Shown here piece by piece: positions 18,478 through 26,711 of a DNA stretch of 33,118 bases (position 1 is the first letter of the stretch; every line of letters starts with the position of its first letter). Origin of the DNA: Rhodothermales bacterium (GTDB lineage Bacteria > Bacteroidota > Rhodothermia > Rhodothermales > VXPQ01); the NCBI GenBank assembly GCA_040904565.1, contig JBBDTI010000036.1, positions 7,376 through 40,493 of the forward strand, given 5' to 3'. Under the pieces are notes generated by a model. It searched no databases and was not told the DNA's origin. It worked only from the letters and a program-made list of their open reading frames with translations. The translations under genes and the position numbers were made by a program.

Positions 18478-19974
18478 ATGGTGCGCGATTACGATATCGT
18501 CATTATCGGCACCGGCGCGGGAGGCGGCACGCTGGCGTACGGGCTGCGCGGCACGGGCGCCCGGGTGCTGCTGATTGAGCGGGGCGACTATCTTCCGCAG
18601 GAGCCGGAGAACTGGGATCCGGAGGCCGTCTTCGTGCACGATCGCTACAAAGCGGACGAGACCTGGCTCGACAAACACGGCAACCGCTTCAGACCCGGGA
18701 TCCACTACTTCGTTGGAGGCAATACCAAGGTGTACGGTGCCGCGCTTCCCCGCATGCGAGCGGAAGACTTCGACGCACTCGAGCACGAAGGCGGAACCTC
18801 ACCGGCGTGGCCCATCGACTACAGCGACCTGGCGTCGTACTACGCACGCGCGGAGAAAATCTACCGGGTACATGCGGATCCGCACGAGGATCCAACCGAG
18901 CCGCCGCGATCCGAAGAGCCGCCCTACCAAGCCGTGCCCCACGAACCCTACGTCGCGGATTTGTCCGACCGACTGCGCCGCCAGGGCCTCCACCCGTTTC
19001 ATCTGCCGCTGGGGATTGACCTTCGTCCCGGAGGGCGCTGCATTCGCTGCAAGACGTGCGACGGCTTCGCGTGCCGGGAGCTCGCAAAAAGCGACGCAGA
19101 TGTGTCCTGCGTACGACCGGCACTCGAACGGGACGAGGTCGACCTGATGACCCGCGCATTCGCAGTGCGCCTGAAGACGGATGTATCCGGGAGACGTATT
19201 GCCTCCGTCGATGTGGAACGAGACGGCGAGCGTTTCGAGGTCCGAGCAGATCGCTTCGTCGTCTCTTGCGGCGCCGTGAACTCGGCCGCGCTGCTTCTCC
19301 GGTCCGGCGAAGACGGGGCGCTGGCGAACGCATCCGGACAGGTAGGACGCAACTACATGATGCACAACAACACGGCGCTGGTCGCCGTGGACCCGTTTCG
19401 CCGAAACACCAGCGTGTTTCAGAAGACGCTGGCCGTGAACGACTTCTACCTACATGGCGCAGATTGGCCGTATCCGATGGGCAACCTCCAGCTCGTAGGT
19501 AAGGTGCAGGCGCCCATGCTGGCGGCGGCGCGGCCGCGCGTGCCAATGCTGTTTCTGCGTTTCCTCGCCCGCCGAAGTGTCGACTGGTGGGTCATGTCCG
19601 AGGACCTGCCTAACCCCAACAATCAGGTCACACTCACGGCCGGCGCTACGATCCAGGTGCACTGGTCGCCCAACAACCGCGTCGCCCATCGCAGGCTTAT
19701 TGACGCTGCTGCCGAGATGATGCGAGCGGCAGGCTATCCATTCGTCTTCACCGAGACGATGGGCGTCGCCACGAACTCGCATCAATGCGGAACACTCCGA
19801 TTCGGCGACGACCCGGCCGCCTCGGTGCTCGATCCGTACTGCCGTGCCCACGACATCGCGAACCTCTACGTGGTCGACGCGTCCGTCTTTCCCTCTTCCA
19901 GCGCCGTAAACCCCGCCCTCACCATCGCGGCGATGGCGCTTCGCGTGGCGGATCATTTTAAGAACACGGCATAA
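18478..19974 (+). CDS. GMC oxidoreductase (sugar dehydrogenase type with Cys cluster)
   Basis: GTGAGGG, VGGNTKVYGA, CIRCKTCDGFAC, HQCGTLRFG, NLYVVDAS and VNPALTI. Confidence 0.9.
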   Translation: MVRDYDIVIIGTGAGGGTLAYGLRGTGARVLLIERGDYLPQEPENWDPEAVFVHDRYKADETWLDKHGNRFRPGIHYFVGGNTKVYGAALPRMRAEDFDALEHEGGTSPAWPIDYSDLASYYARAEKIYRVHADPHEDPTEPPRSEEPPYQAVPHEPYVADLSDRLRRQGLHPFHLPLGIDLRPGGRCIRCKTCDGFACRELAKSDADVSCVRPALERDEVDLMTRAFAVRLKTDVSGRRIASVDVERDGERFEVRADRFVVSCGAVNSAALLLRSGEDGALANASGQVGRNYMMHNNTALVAVDPFRRNTSVFQKTLAVNDFYLHGADWPYPMGNLQLVGKVQAPMLAAARPRVPMLFLRFLARRSVDWWVMSEDLPNPNNQVTLTAGATIQVHWSPNNRVAHRRLIDAAAEMMRAAGYPFVFTETMGVATNSHQCGTLRFGDDPAASVLDPYCRAHDIANLYVVDASVFPSSSAVNPALTIAAMALRVADHFKNTA

Positions 19975-20108
19975 CCGGACGTTCCCAACAAACCGTGAAG
20001 AACGAGAGCGGGGAACAGCAATGCGAACCCGGCCTGGAACCGGCCGGCGTCATTCCTTTTCAATGAATGACGATATCCATTTTGTAACCCCTTCCAAGCG
20101 GACCGCCT

Positions 20109-22592
20109 ATGTTCGGCGTAGTCGGACACCTTTTCATCCTCCTTGCCTTCGTCGCCTGCGGGCTGGCGGCCTTCGCCTATTTCCAGAGCGCTCGTACGTC
20201 GGGGTTGACGGCGGACGTCGAGGGGGCGGACTGGAAGCGGATCGGCCGCATCTCGTGGGGCGTCCTCGTCCTGGGCATCCTGGGCGCATCGGCGATCCTG
20301 ATGTATCTGCTGCTGACGCACCAGTTTCAGTATGCCTACGTATATGGGCAGTCGTCCACGGCCCTGCCGACGCACTTTCTGGTGTCCTCTTTTTGGGCTG
20401 GACAGGAAGGTTCGTTTCTGCTCTGGGTCGTGATGATGAGCCTTCTGGGCGCCGTCCTCATCCGAACGACGCGCGAATGGGAGGCCCCGGTGATGTCCGT
20501 CGTCGCCGTCTCCCAGCTGTTTCTCATCTCGATGGTCGTCGGACTCAAGCTGGGTCCGCTGCAGGTGGGCATGTCGCCCTTCATGCTGCTGGCCGACAAG
20601 TTTCCGGACGCCCCCATGCTGCAGGTGCCCGGCTTCGTTCCGGCCGACGGATCCGGACTGAACGACCTCCTGCAGAATTACTGGATGGTCATCCATCCGC
20701 CGACGTTGTTCGTCGGCTTTACGATGATGGTCGTCCCGTTCGCGTATGCGGTATCCGGCCTCTGGAAACGCCAGTACACCCGGTGGGTCCGTCCCGCGCT
20801 TCCATGGACGCTCGCCGCGACGGCCGTGCTGGGCGTGGGCATCGCGCTCGGCGGGTACTGGGCCTACGAGACGCTTTCGTTCGGCGGATACTGGGCGTGG
20901 GATCCGGTCGAGAACTCCTCCCTCGTGCCGTGGATCATCGGCATCGCCGCCGTCCACTCCATGATCATCCAGAAGAAAAGCGGACGCGGGCACAAGACCG
21001 CCCTCTTCTTCTGCGTGCTGGCGTACATGCTGGTGATCTACTCCACGTTCCTTACCCGAAGCGGCATTCTGGGCGACGTCTCCGTGCACTCTTTCGTCGA
21101 CCTGGGGATGTTCAACCAGCTCCTGTTGTGGATTCTCGTCGTCGCCGGCACGGGCTTCGGGCTCTTCGCGGCACGCTACCGCGATCTCCCGGTGCCCGAC
21201 AGCGAGCCCAACATGCTCTCCCGCGAGTTCATGATCTTTTGCGGTGCCATGCTGCTCGCCGCCACGGCGCTGGTGATCACTGTGGGGACGAGCTCCCCGA
21301 TCCTGGGCAAGATTTTTCGAGAGGCGCCGTCCACGGTACCTATCGAGTTCTACAACAAGTGGACGCTGCCCCTGTCGATTTTCTTCGTCTTCCTGGCCGG
21401 ACTCGGGCAGCTCTTCTGGTGGAATAAGATGAGCATCGACAACATCAACCGCGTGCTCGTCAAGCCCATCGCCCTTTCGGTAGCGAGCACGCTGGCCGTA
21501 CTCGTCTTCACGCCGTTCGTCGAGGAGTCCGTTCGCGCCGCCGTGCAATCCGCCCCGCAAACCGCTTCCGTCCAGGCAGGCCTGCTTGCGGGCCTCGAGC
21601 AGTTCTGGTCCATGTACGGTACGGGGCTGCTCATGCTGCTCCTCGTCTTCATGGCCTTTTTCGCCCTGTACGGCAACGGCATGGTCCTCTGGCGTGTCGG
21701 GCGCGGCAATCCGCGCATGGCCGGCGGCGCCCTCGCGCACGTGGGCCTGGCCATCATGATCCTGGGCATCATCGCCTCGAGTGCCTTCAGCCGTCCGGTC
21801 GCGCAGGGCGGGGGCGTTCAGATCGGCGAGAGCCGGGACAATTTCGTCATCTCGCGCGGCGAAACGCGAACGATCAACGGATACCGTGTTACGTACGCCG
21901 GCCAGGAGCGAACGGCCCGCAGCCGGCCCGTCTACGTGCTCGACTTCGTCGACCCCCAGGGCCGGTCGTTCACGGTGAGGCCGGTCGTTTACCGAAGCAA
22001 CCAGGATCAGTGGATCCAGCATCCCGATCACGCGATCTACCCGGAAAAGGACGTGTTCGTGGCGGTCTCTCCGAGTGCCATGTTCGAATCGGCATCGTCC
22101 GAGAACGATGCGTCCGGTGAGAATCAGGGTGAGATAACGATCTCTCGAGGCGATTCCACGGTAGTTGGAAATGACGAGTTCGCCATCGAGTTCGTGAATT
22201 ACCGTACCGACGTCGATGAAGAGATGCTTCCGGATTCGACCGAAATCGCCGTCGCGGCCGAACTGGACGTAACACATCTCCAGTCCGGCGAGACGCGGCG
22301 GATCAGTCCCGTTTACCTGATCATGCAGGATCGATCCCAGCAGTACATCCAGAATCGCATCGGCGACTGGGGACTGACGGTGACGTTTACGGGGATGAAT
22401 GTCGACAACGGCTCCATCAACCTTTTTCTCGAGGGCGTCGACGTCTCCCCGGAAGACTGGCTCGTCGTTCAGGCCTACGAGAAGCCGCTTATCAACTTCC
22501 TCTGGCTCGGTTTCTTGCTGTTGACTGGTGGATTCGGCATTTCTATCTACCGCCGTTTTTCCGACGCCGGCTTCAGTGCTCGCCGGTCCTGA
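20109..22592 (+). CDS. ccmF: Cytochrome c biogenesis heme lyase, CcmF/CcsA/NrfE family
   Basis: FWAGQEGS, IHPP, WAY..SFGGYWAWDPVEN (WWD domain), TFLTRSG and SVHSF; multi-TM. Confidence 0.88.
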   Translation: MFGVVGHLFILLAFVACGLAAFAYFQSARTSGLTADVEGADWKRIGRISWGVLVLGILGASAILMYLLLTHQFQYAYVYGQSSTALPTHFLVSSFWAGQEGSFLLWVVMMSLLGAVLIRTTREWEAPVMSVVAVSQLFLISMVVGLKLGPLQVGMSPFMLLADKFPDAPMLQVPGFVPADGSGLNDLLQNYWMVIHPPTLFVGFTMMVVPFAYAVSGLWKRQYTRWVRPALPWTLAATAVLGVGIALGGYWAYETLSFGGYWAWDPVENSSLVPWIIGIAAVHSMIIQKKSGRGHKTALFFCVLAYMLVIYSTFLTRSGILGDVSVHSFVDLGMFNQLLLWILVVAGTGFGLFAARYRDLPVPDSEPNMLSREFMIFCGAMLLAATALVITVGTSSPILGKIFREAPSTVPIEFYNKWTLPLSIFFVFLAGLGQLFWWNKMSIDNINRVLVKPIALSVASTLAVLVFTPFVEESVRAAVQSAPQTASVQAGLLAGLEQFWSMYGTGLLMLLLVFMAFFALYGNGMVLWRVGRGNPRMAGGALAHVGLAIMILGIIASSAFSRPVAQGGGVQIGESRDNFVISRGETRTINGYRVTYAGQERTARSRPVYVLDFVDPQGRSFTVRPVVYRSNQDQWIQHPDHAIYPEKDVFVAVSPSAMFESASSENDASGENQGEITISRGDSTVVGNDEFAIEFVNYRTDVDEEMLPDSTEIAVAAELDVTHLQSGETRRISPVYLIMQDRSQQYIQNRIGDWGLTVTFTGMNVDNGSINLFLEGVDVSPEDWLVVQAYEKPLINFLWLGFLLLTGGFGISIYRRFSDAGFSARRS

Positions 22593-22746
22593 TCGAGCTC
22601 ATTTCTCTCCAGTAAGACGGATCGCGTCCGTTTAATCGCACCCCGCTCCGGGAAAAGTGTGTCGTTCGGTAACAAAGCGCTTAAAAATGGCGCCGCGCTG
22701 CCGATACTCATGGCAAGGAAAACGATCACACTTTCAGCGCACCCCA

Positions 22747-23139
22747 ATGGACGTCTCTACGAACGGTAGCAGAAGCCTGTCCGGTATGAGCGAGTACCTC
22801 ATTGAGGCACTGCGTACCGAAATCGGCGGTCACAACGAGCTCGACGCCCTCACTTCGATGATGAACGCCGCGGGTAACGACACCCGCATGCGCATCCTCT
22901 ATCTGTTGTGGCGCCGCCGAGAGGTGCGCGTGAACGACCTCGCAGAAATTCTCGAGGTCACGACGCCCGCCATTTCGCAGCAGCTCAAGAAGCTGCGTTC
23001 GCAGCACCTCGTCGACACCCGACGAGACGCGCAGACCGTCTACTACCGGCTCAATCCGGAGACCCCGTTCGTGAATCAGCTCGTAGACTTTTTCCAGGAT
23101 CTAACCCGGCCCGCGGTTGCCATGCGGCGAGCAGTATAG
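22747..23139 (+). CDS. ArsR/SmtB-family transcriptional regulator (start at 22747 or 22786)
   Basis: NDTRMRILYLL, VNDLAEILEVTTPAISQQLKKLR and RRDAQTVYYRL winged HTH. Confidence 0.88.
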   Translation: MDVSTNGSRSLSGMSEYLIEALRTEIGGHNELDALTSMMNAAGNDTRMRILYLLWRRREVRVNDLAEILEVTTPAISQQLKKLRSQHLVDTRRDAQTVYYRLNPETPFVNQLVDFFQDLTRPAVAMRRAV

Positions 23140-23204
23140 GCCCTACCTCGATGGACGGCCTGCCCGTCTACCTCGACCCGCCCACCCCGACCATCCCCTA
23201 GATC

Positions 23205-25511
23205 ATGATGCCCGTGAACCCACCCGGTGCAGGAGACGCCGGATCGCCACGCGACGCCGCGTCGAACCGTGACATCCGTACGGGCGATCAACCTGCCCCG
23301 ACCGACCGGGACCAGGCATACGTCGTTCGGGTTGAGAAGCTCGAAAAGGCCAAAGCTGAGGCGGAACGCCGCGCCGACGCGCTGCAGCGCAAAGTCGACG
23401 ACCTGGAGGATGCTCGCTCGACGGCCGTGAAGGCCACGCAGCAAAAGAGCGAATTCCTCGCCGTCATGAGCCACGAGATCCGCACACCCATGAACGGGGT
23501 GATCGGCATGACGGACCTGCTGCTGCAGACCGAGCTGGGGAAGGATCAGCGGGAGCTCGTCGAGACGATCCGAACGAGTGGTGAAAGTCTGCTGGCCATC
23601 ATCAACGACATCCTCGATTTCAGCAAGATCGAGGCCGGCCGCATCGACCTCGAGCGCGAGCCGTTCGAGATTCGGACGTGCATCGAGGCCGCGTTGAGCC
23701 TCGTCATACCCCGGGCGGCGACGAAGGGATTGAATGTCGCGTATCTGATCGACGACGACGTTCCGGATACGGTCACGGGAGACATCCTCCGTCTCCGACA
23801 GATCCTCGTGAACCTGTTCAGTAACGCCATCAAATTTACCGAGGAAGGTGAGGTCGTTCTGAGCGTCGGACGCGTCGACACCGACGAGGGGCGCCGCATC
23901 CGCTTCTCCGTTCAGGATACCGGCATCGGCATCGCGGAAGACCGTATGAACGATCTGTTCAAGTCGTTCAGCCAGCTGGACGCATCCACGTCGAGGAAGT
24001 ACGGCGGCACGGGCCTCGGACTGGCCATAAGCAAACGCCTCACGGAGATGCTCGGTGGGTCGATGTGGGCGGAGAGCGAGGTAAACGAAGGGTCCACGTT
24101 CCACTTTACCATGGCCTTTCAGGATCCTCTGAAGGCCCCGCCCCCCGACCTCCCCACCGTCGCCGGGAGAAAGGTGCTCATCGTCGAGCGGCACGACGCG
24201 ACGCGGGAGATGCTGAAGCAGCAGCTCGCCCCGTACGGCGTCGACGTAACGACGGCCTTGTCAGGAACCGAAGCACTCAAGACGTTCGAGACGTCACGCT
24301 TCGATCTCGCCTTCATCGAGGCCGATCTCCCCACGCTCGACGGTCCCACGCTCGCGCAAGTCATCACCCAGGTAGACCGGCACCGCGCGCTCAAGATCGT
24401 CTTTCTCCACATGCTCGGCCAGCACGTCCGCGTCCGCGGGCTCGAGCCGGCCGGCCTCCTGGCGAAGCCCGTGAAGAACAAATCGCTTCACGACGTCATC
24501 GCCGACACGCTCGTCCGACGGAAAGAGCCGAACACCGCTGTACCCGCGTCGAACGACGCCCCTGACCCTATGAAAGAAGTACCTGGTCTTCGTGTCCTCC
24601 TCGCGGAGGATAACCCGGTTAACCAGAAAGTCGCCGTACGCATGCTGAGCAAACTCGGCTTCGAGGCCGACGTCGCCGGTAACGGCGTGGAGGCGCTCGA
24701 GATGCTCGAGACGGATCAGTACGACGTCGTCTTGATGGATATCATGATGCCGCAAATGGACGGCATCGAGGCCACGCGGCAGATTATCGAACGCATCCCG
24801 AAAGAGCGGCGCCCGCGCGTCATCGCGCTGACGGCCAACGCCATGCGGGGCGACCGGGAGCGCTGCCTGGAGGCGGGCATGGACGACTACCTCGCCAAGC
24901 CGCTTCGAGTCGATCGCCTCAAGGAAGTACTCGGCGACTGCATCCCCTTGGCCGCGCAAGCGGAACCGGCGGCAGCGAGCGCCGGCAATCCGTCACCGGA
25001 ACTGGAGATGGATGGGGATCGGAAACCGACCGACACGCAGGATTCGTCCGACGCTCTCGAGAGCGTGACGTCGACCGAGGATTCGGTCGAGAACGTAGAC
25101 GCCGCCGGTGGCGACGGAACGGGCGGCGACGGAGCGAACGCCCGCGTAGAAGCGAGGGTGCCGTCCATCAACCTGGCCATCCTGCACGATCTCGAAGACA
25201 TGATGGCGGACGACGATCCGCATTTCCTCGCTTCGATCATCGACGAGTATCTCGAAGACGCCGACAGGCTTATGGCCGCCATCTACGCGGCTGTCGGGGA
25301 CGGTCAGGGTTTTGACCTGCAGCGTGCCGCACACACCTTGAAATCCAGCTCGGCGATGTTCGGCGCCTCGGCGATGGCGGCAACGTGCAAGGAACTCGAG
25401 CAGATCGGTGCCAAACAGCGGATGGACGAAGCGGCGTCGTACGTCGCGCTCCTTAAGAAGCAATACGCGTCGGTTACCAGAGAGCTCAAGGCGCAGGCGG
25501 ATGCCGCCTAG
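23205..25511 (+). CDS. Soluble hybrid histidine kinase (HisKA-HATPase-REC*-REC-HPt)
   Basis: MSHEIRTPMN H-box, NAIKFT, DTGIG, GGTGLGL; intact REC2 (AEDN, LMDIMMP, LAKP); HPt AAHTLKSSS. Confidence 0.93.
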   Translation: MMPVNPPGAGDAGSPRDAASNRDIRTGDQPAPTDRDQAYVVRVEKLEKAKAEAERRADALQRKVDDLEDARSTAVKATQQKSEFLAVMSHEIRTPMNGVIGMTDLLLQTELGKDQRELVETIRTSGESLLAIINDILDFSKIEAGRIDLEREPFEIRTCIEAALSLVIPRAATKGLNVAYLIDDDVPDTVTGDILRLRQILVNLFSNAIKFTEEGEVVLSVGRVDTDEGRRIRFSVQDTGIGIAEDRMNDLFKSFSQLDASTSRKYGGTGLGLAISKRLTEMLGGSMWAESEVNEGSTFHFTMAFQDPLKAPPPDLPTVAGRKVLIVERHDATREMLKQQLAPYGVDVTTALSGTEALKTFETSRFDLAFIEADLPTLDGPTLAQVITQVDRHRALKIVFLHMLGQHVRVRGLEPAGLLAKPVKNKSLHDVIADTLVRRKEPNTAVPASNDAPDPMKEVPGLRVLLAEDNPVNQKVAVRMLSKLGFEADVAGNGVEALEMLETDQYDVVLMDIMMPQMDGIEATRQIIERIPKERRPRVIALTANAMRGDRERCLEAGMDDYLAKPLRVDRLKEVLGDCIPLAAQAEPAAASAGNPSPELEMDGDRKPTDTQDSSDALESVTSTEDSVENVDAAGGDGTGGDGANARVEARVPSINLAILHDLEDMMADDDPHFLASIIDEYLEDADRLMAAIYAAVGDGQGFDLQRAAHTLKSSSAMFGASAMAATCKELEQIGAKQRMDEAASYVALLKKQYASVTRELKAQADAA

Positions 25512-25549
25512 GTCCTCATCCCGCGGCGCTTTCCGCTGCCCGCCGAAAT

Positions 25550-25631
25550 GCTAGGTCTGAACGATGGCCTCGGTACCCTGGTCTGGTGGACTACGAAGCT
25601 AGGTCTGCACGATCGCCTCGGTAGCCAGGTC
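25550..25631. repeat. Imperfect 34-bp direct repeat (25550-25583, 25598-25631) duplicating the troD 3' end
   Basis: 4 mismatches in 34 bp, period 48. On the minus strand the copies read DLATEAIVQT* and DQGTEAIVQT*. Confidence 0.88.
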
Positions 25632-26711
25632 GCGCCCTCGTTCCGTGAGTTCGAGAAATCCGTCCTCGCCGCGGATGAGACCGTCCTCCTCCGCCCTCCT
25701 CACGACCCGCAGCGCGAAGTCCGGCGGCCAGTTTAGATGTTCTTCGAGATGATCGACACGGTTTTCGGTCCGTGCTTCGGGCAGTCTTTCGTGCTGGAAG
25801 AGGTGAATGGCAAGCAGCTTTTCGGCGAACTCCCACTTCTGATTTAGCCGCCTGCGTACGCCGGCGAGGATGCCGTGGCGCGGCGCGAGCAGATATACGA
25901 CGCCGAATTCGACGCCCACCATGCCGGCCATCGCTCCGGCAATGGAGGCATCCAGGAAATGGGCTACCCAGAAGCCCGAGATCGCCGCAGCCAGTCCGAG
26001 CGCGACGCTGATGAGGATCATCCGTTCGAGGCGATCGGTGAGCAGGTACGCCGCGGCGGGCGGACCGATCATAAGCGCGACGACCAGGATGGAGCCGACG
26101 GCGTCGAACGCCGCCACGGCGGTCACCGAGACGAGCGTCATGAGTCCATAGTGAATGGCTGCCGGTGCAAACCCCAGCGCGGCAGCGAGTCCGGCATCGA
26201 ACGTAGCTACCTTCAGCTCTTTATAGAAAAGCGCGATGAACAGGGCATTCAGCACCCCCACCCCGCCCATCACGAAGAGGGAGCGCGGGCCGAGGTCCGT
26301 TCCCATGACGACGAGTCGATCGAACGGAGCGAAGGCGAGCTCGCCCAGCAGCACGGCGTCCGTATCCAGATGCACGTCGCCCGCGAATCGCGCGATGAGG
26401 ATGACGCCGACGCTGAAGAGGACCGGGAAGACGATGCCGATCGCCGCGTCTTCCTTAACGAGACGCGTCGACATCAGCAGCTCGACGAGGAAGACCGTCA
26501 GCACGCCGGTGGCCGCCGCGGCGACGATCAGGAGCGGCGAATTCAGATCGTTCGTCAGGAAGAACCCGATGACGATCCCCGGAAGGATGGCGTGACTGAT
26601 GGCGTCGCTCATCATCGCCATCTTGCGCAGAACGAGGAACGATCCCGGCAGCGCGCAGGCTGCCGCCACGACGGCCGCGATCAGCTGTATGTCGATCTGG
26701 TCCGGCGTCAT
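25599..26711 (-). CDS. Metal ABC transporter permease (TroD/MntD-like) with C-terminal extension
   Basis: DAISHAILPG, VKEDAAIG, HLDTDAVLLGE and AFDAVGSILV; its start overlaps the troC stop (ATGA). Confidence 0.92.
   Translation of the reverse strand: MTPDQIDIQLIAAVVAAACALPGSFLVLRKMAMMSDAISHAILPGIVIGFFLTNDLNSPLLIVAAAATGVLTVFLVELLMSTRLVKEDAAIGIVFPVLFSVGVILIARFAGDVHLDTDAVLLGELAFAPFDRLVVMGTDLGPRSLFVMGGVGVLNALFIALFYKELKVATFDAGLAAALGFAPAAIHYGLMTLVSVTAVAAFDAVGSILVVALMIGPPAAAYLLTDRLERMILISVALGLAAAISGFWVAHFLDASIAGAMAGMVGVEFGVVYLLAPRHGILAGVRRRLNQKWEFAEKLLAIHLFQHERLPEARTENRVDHLEEHLNWPPDFALRVVRRAEEDGLIRGEDGFLELTERGRDLATEAIVQT

Noticed and set aside
20029-20060. CCGGCC-N7-GGCCGG hairpin after the catabolic operon
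   Set aside because: Short stem with a displaced, weak T-tract; not enough to call a terminator.
25548-25736. Plus-strand 62-aa ORF with an internal repeat; 34-bp repeats as a possible mini-CRISPR
   Set aside because: Only two imperfect copies with a 14-bp gap, one inside troD, and no cas genes; explained as a gene-end duplication.
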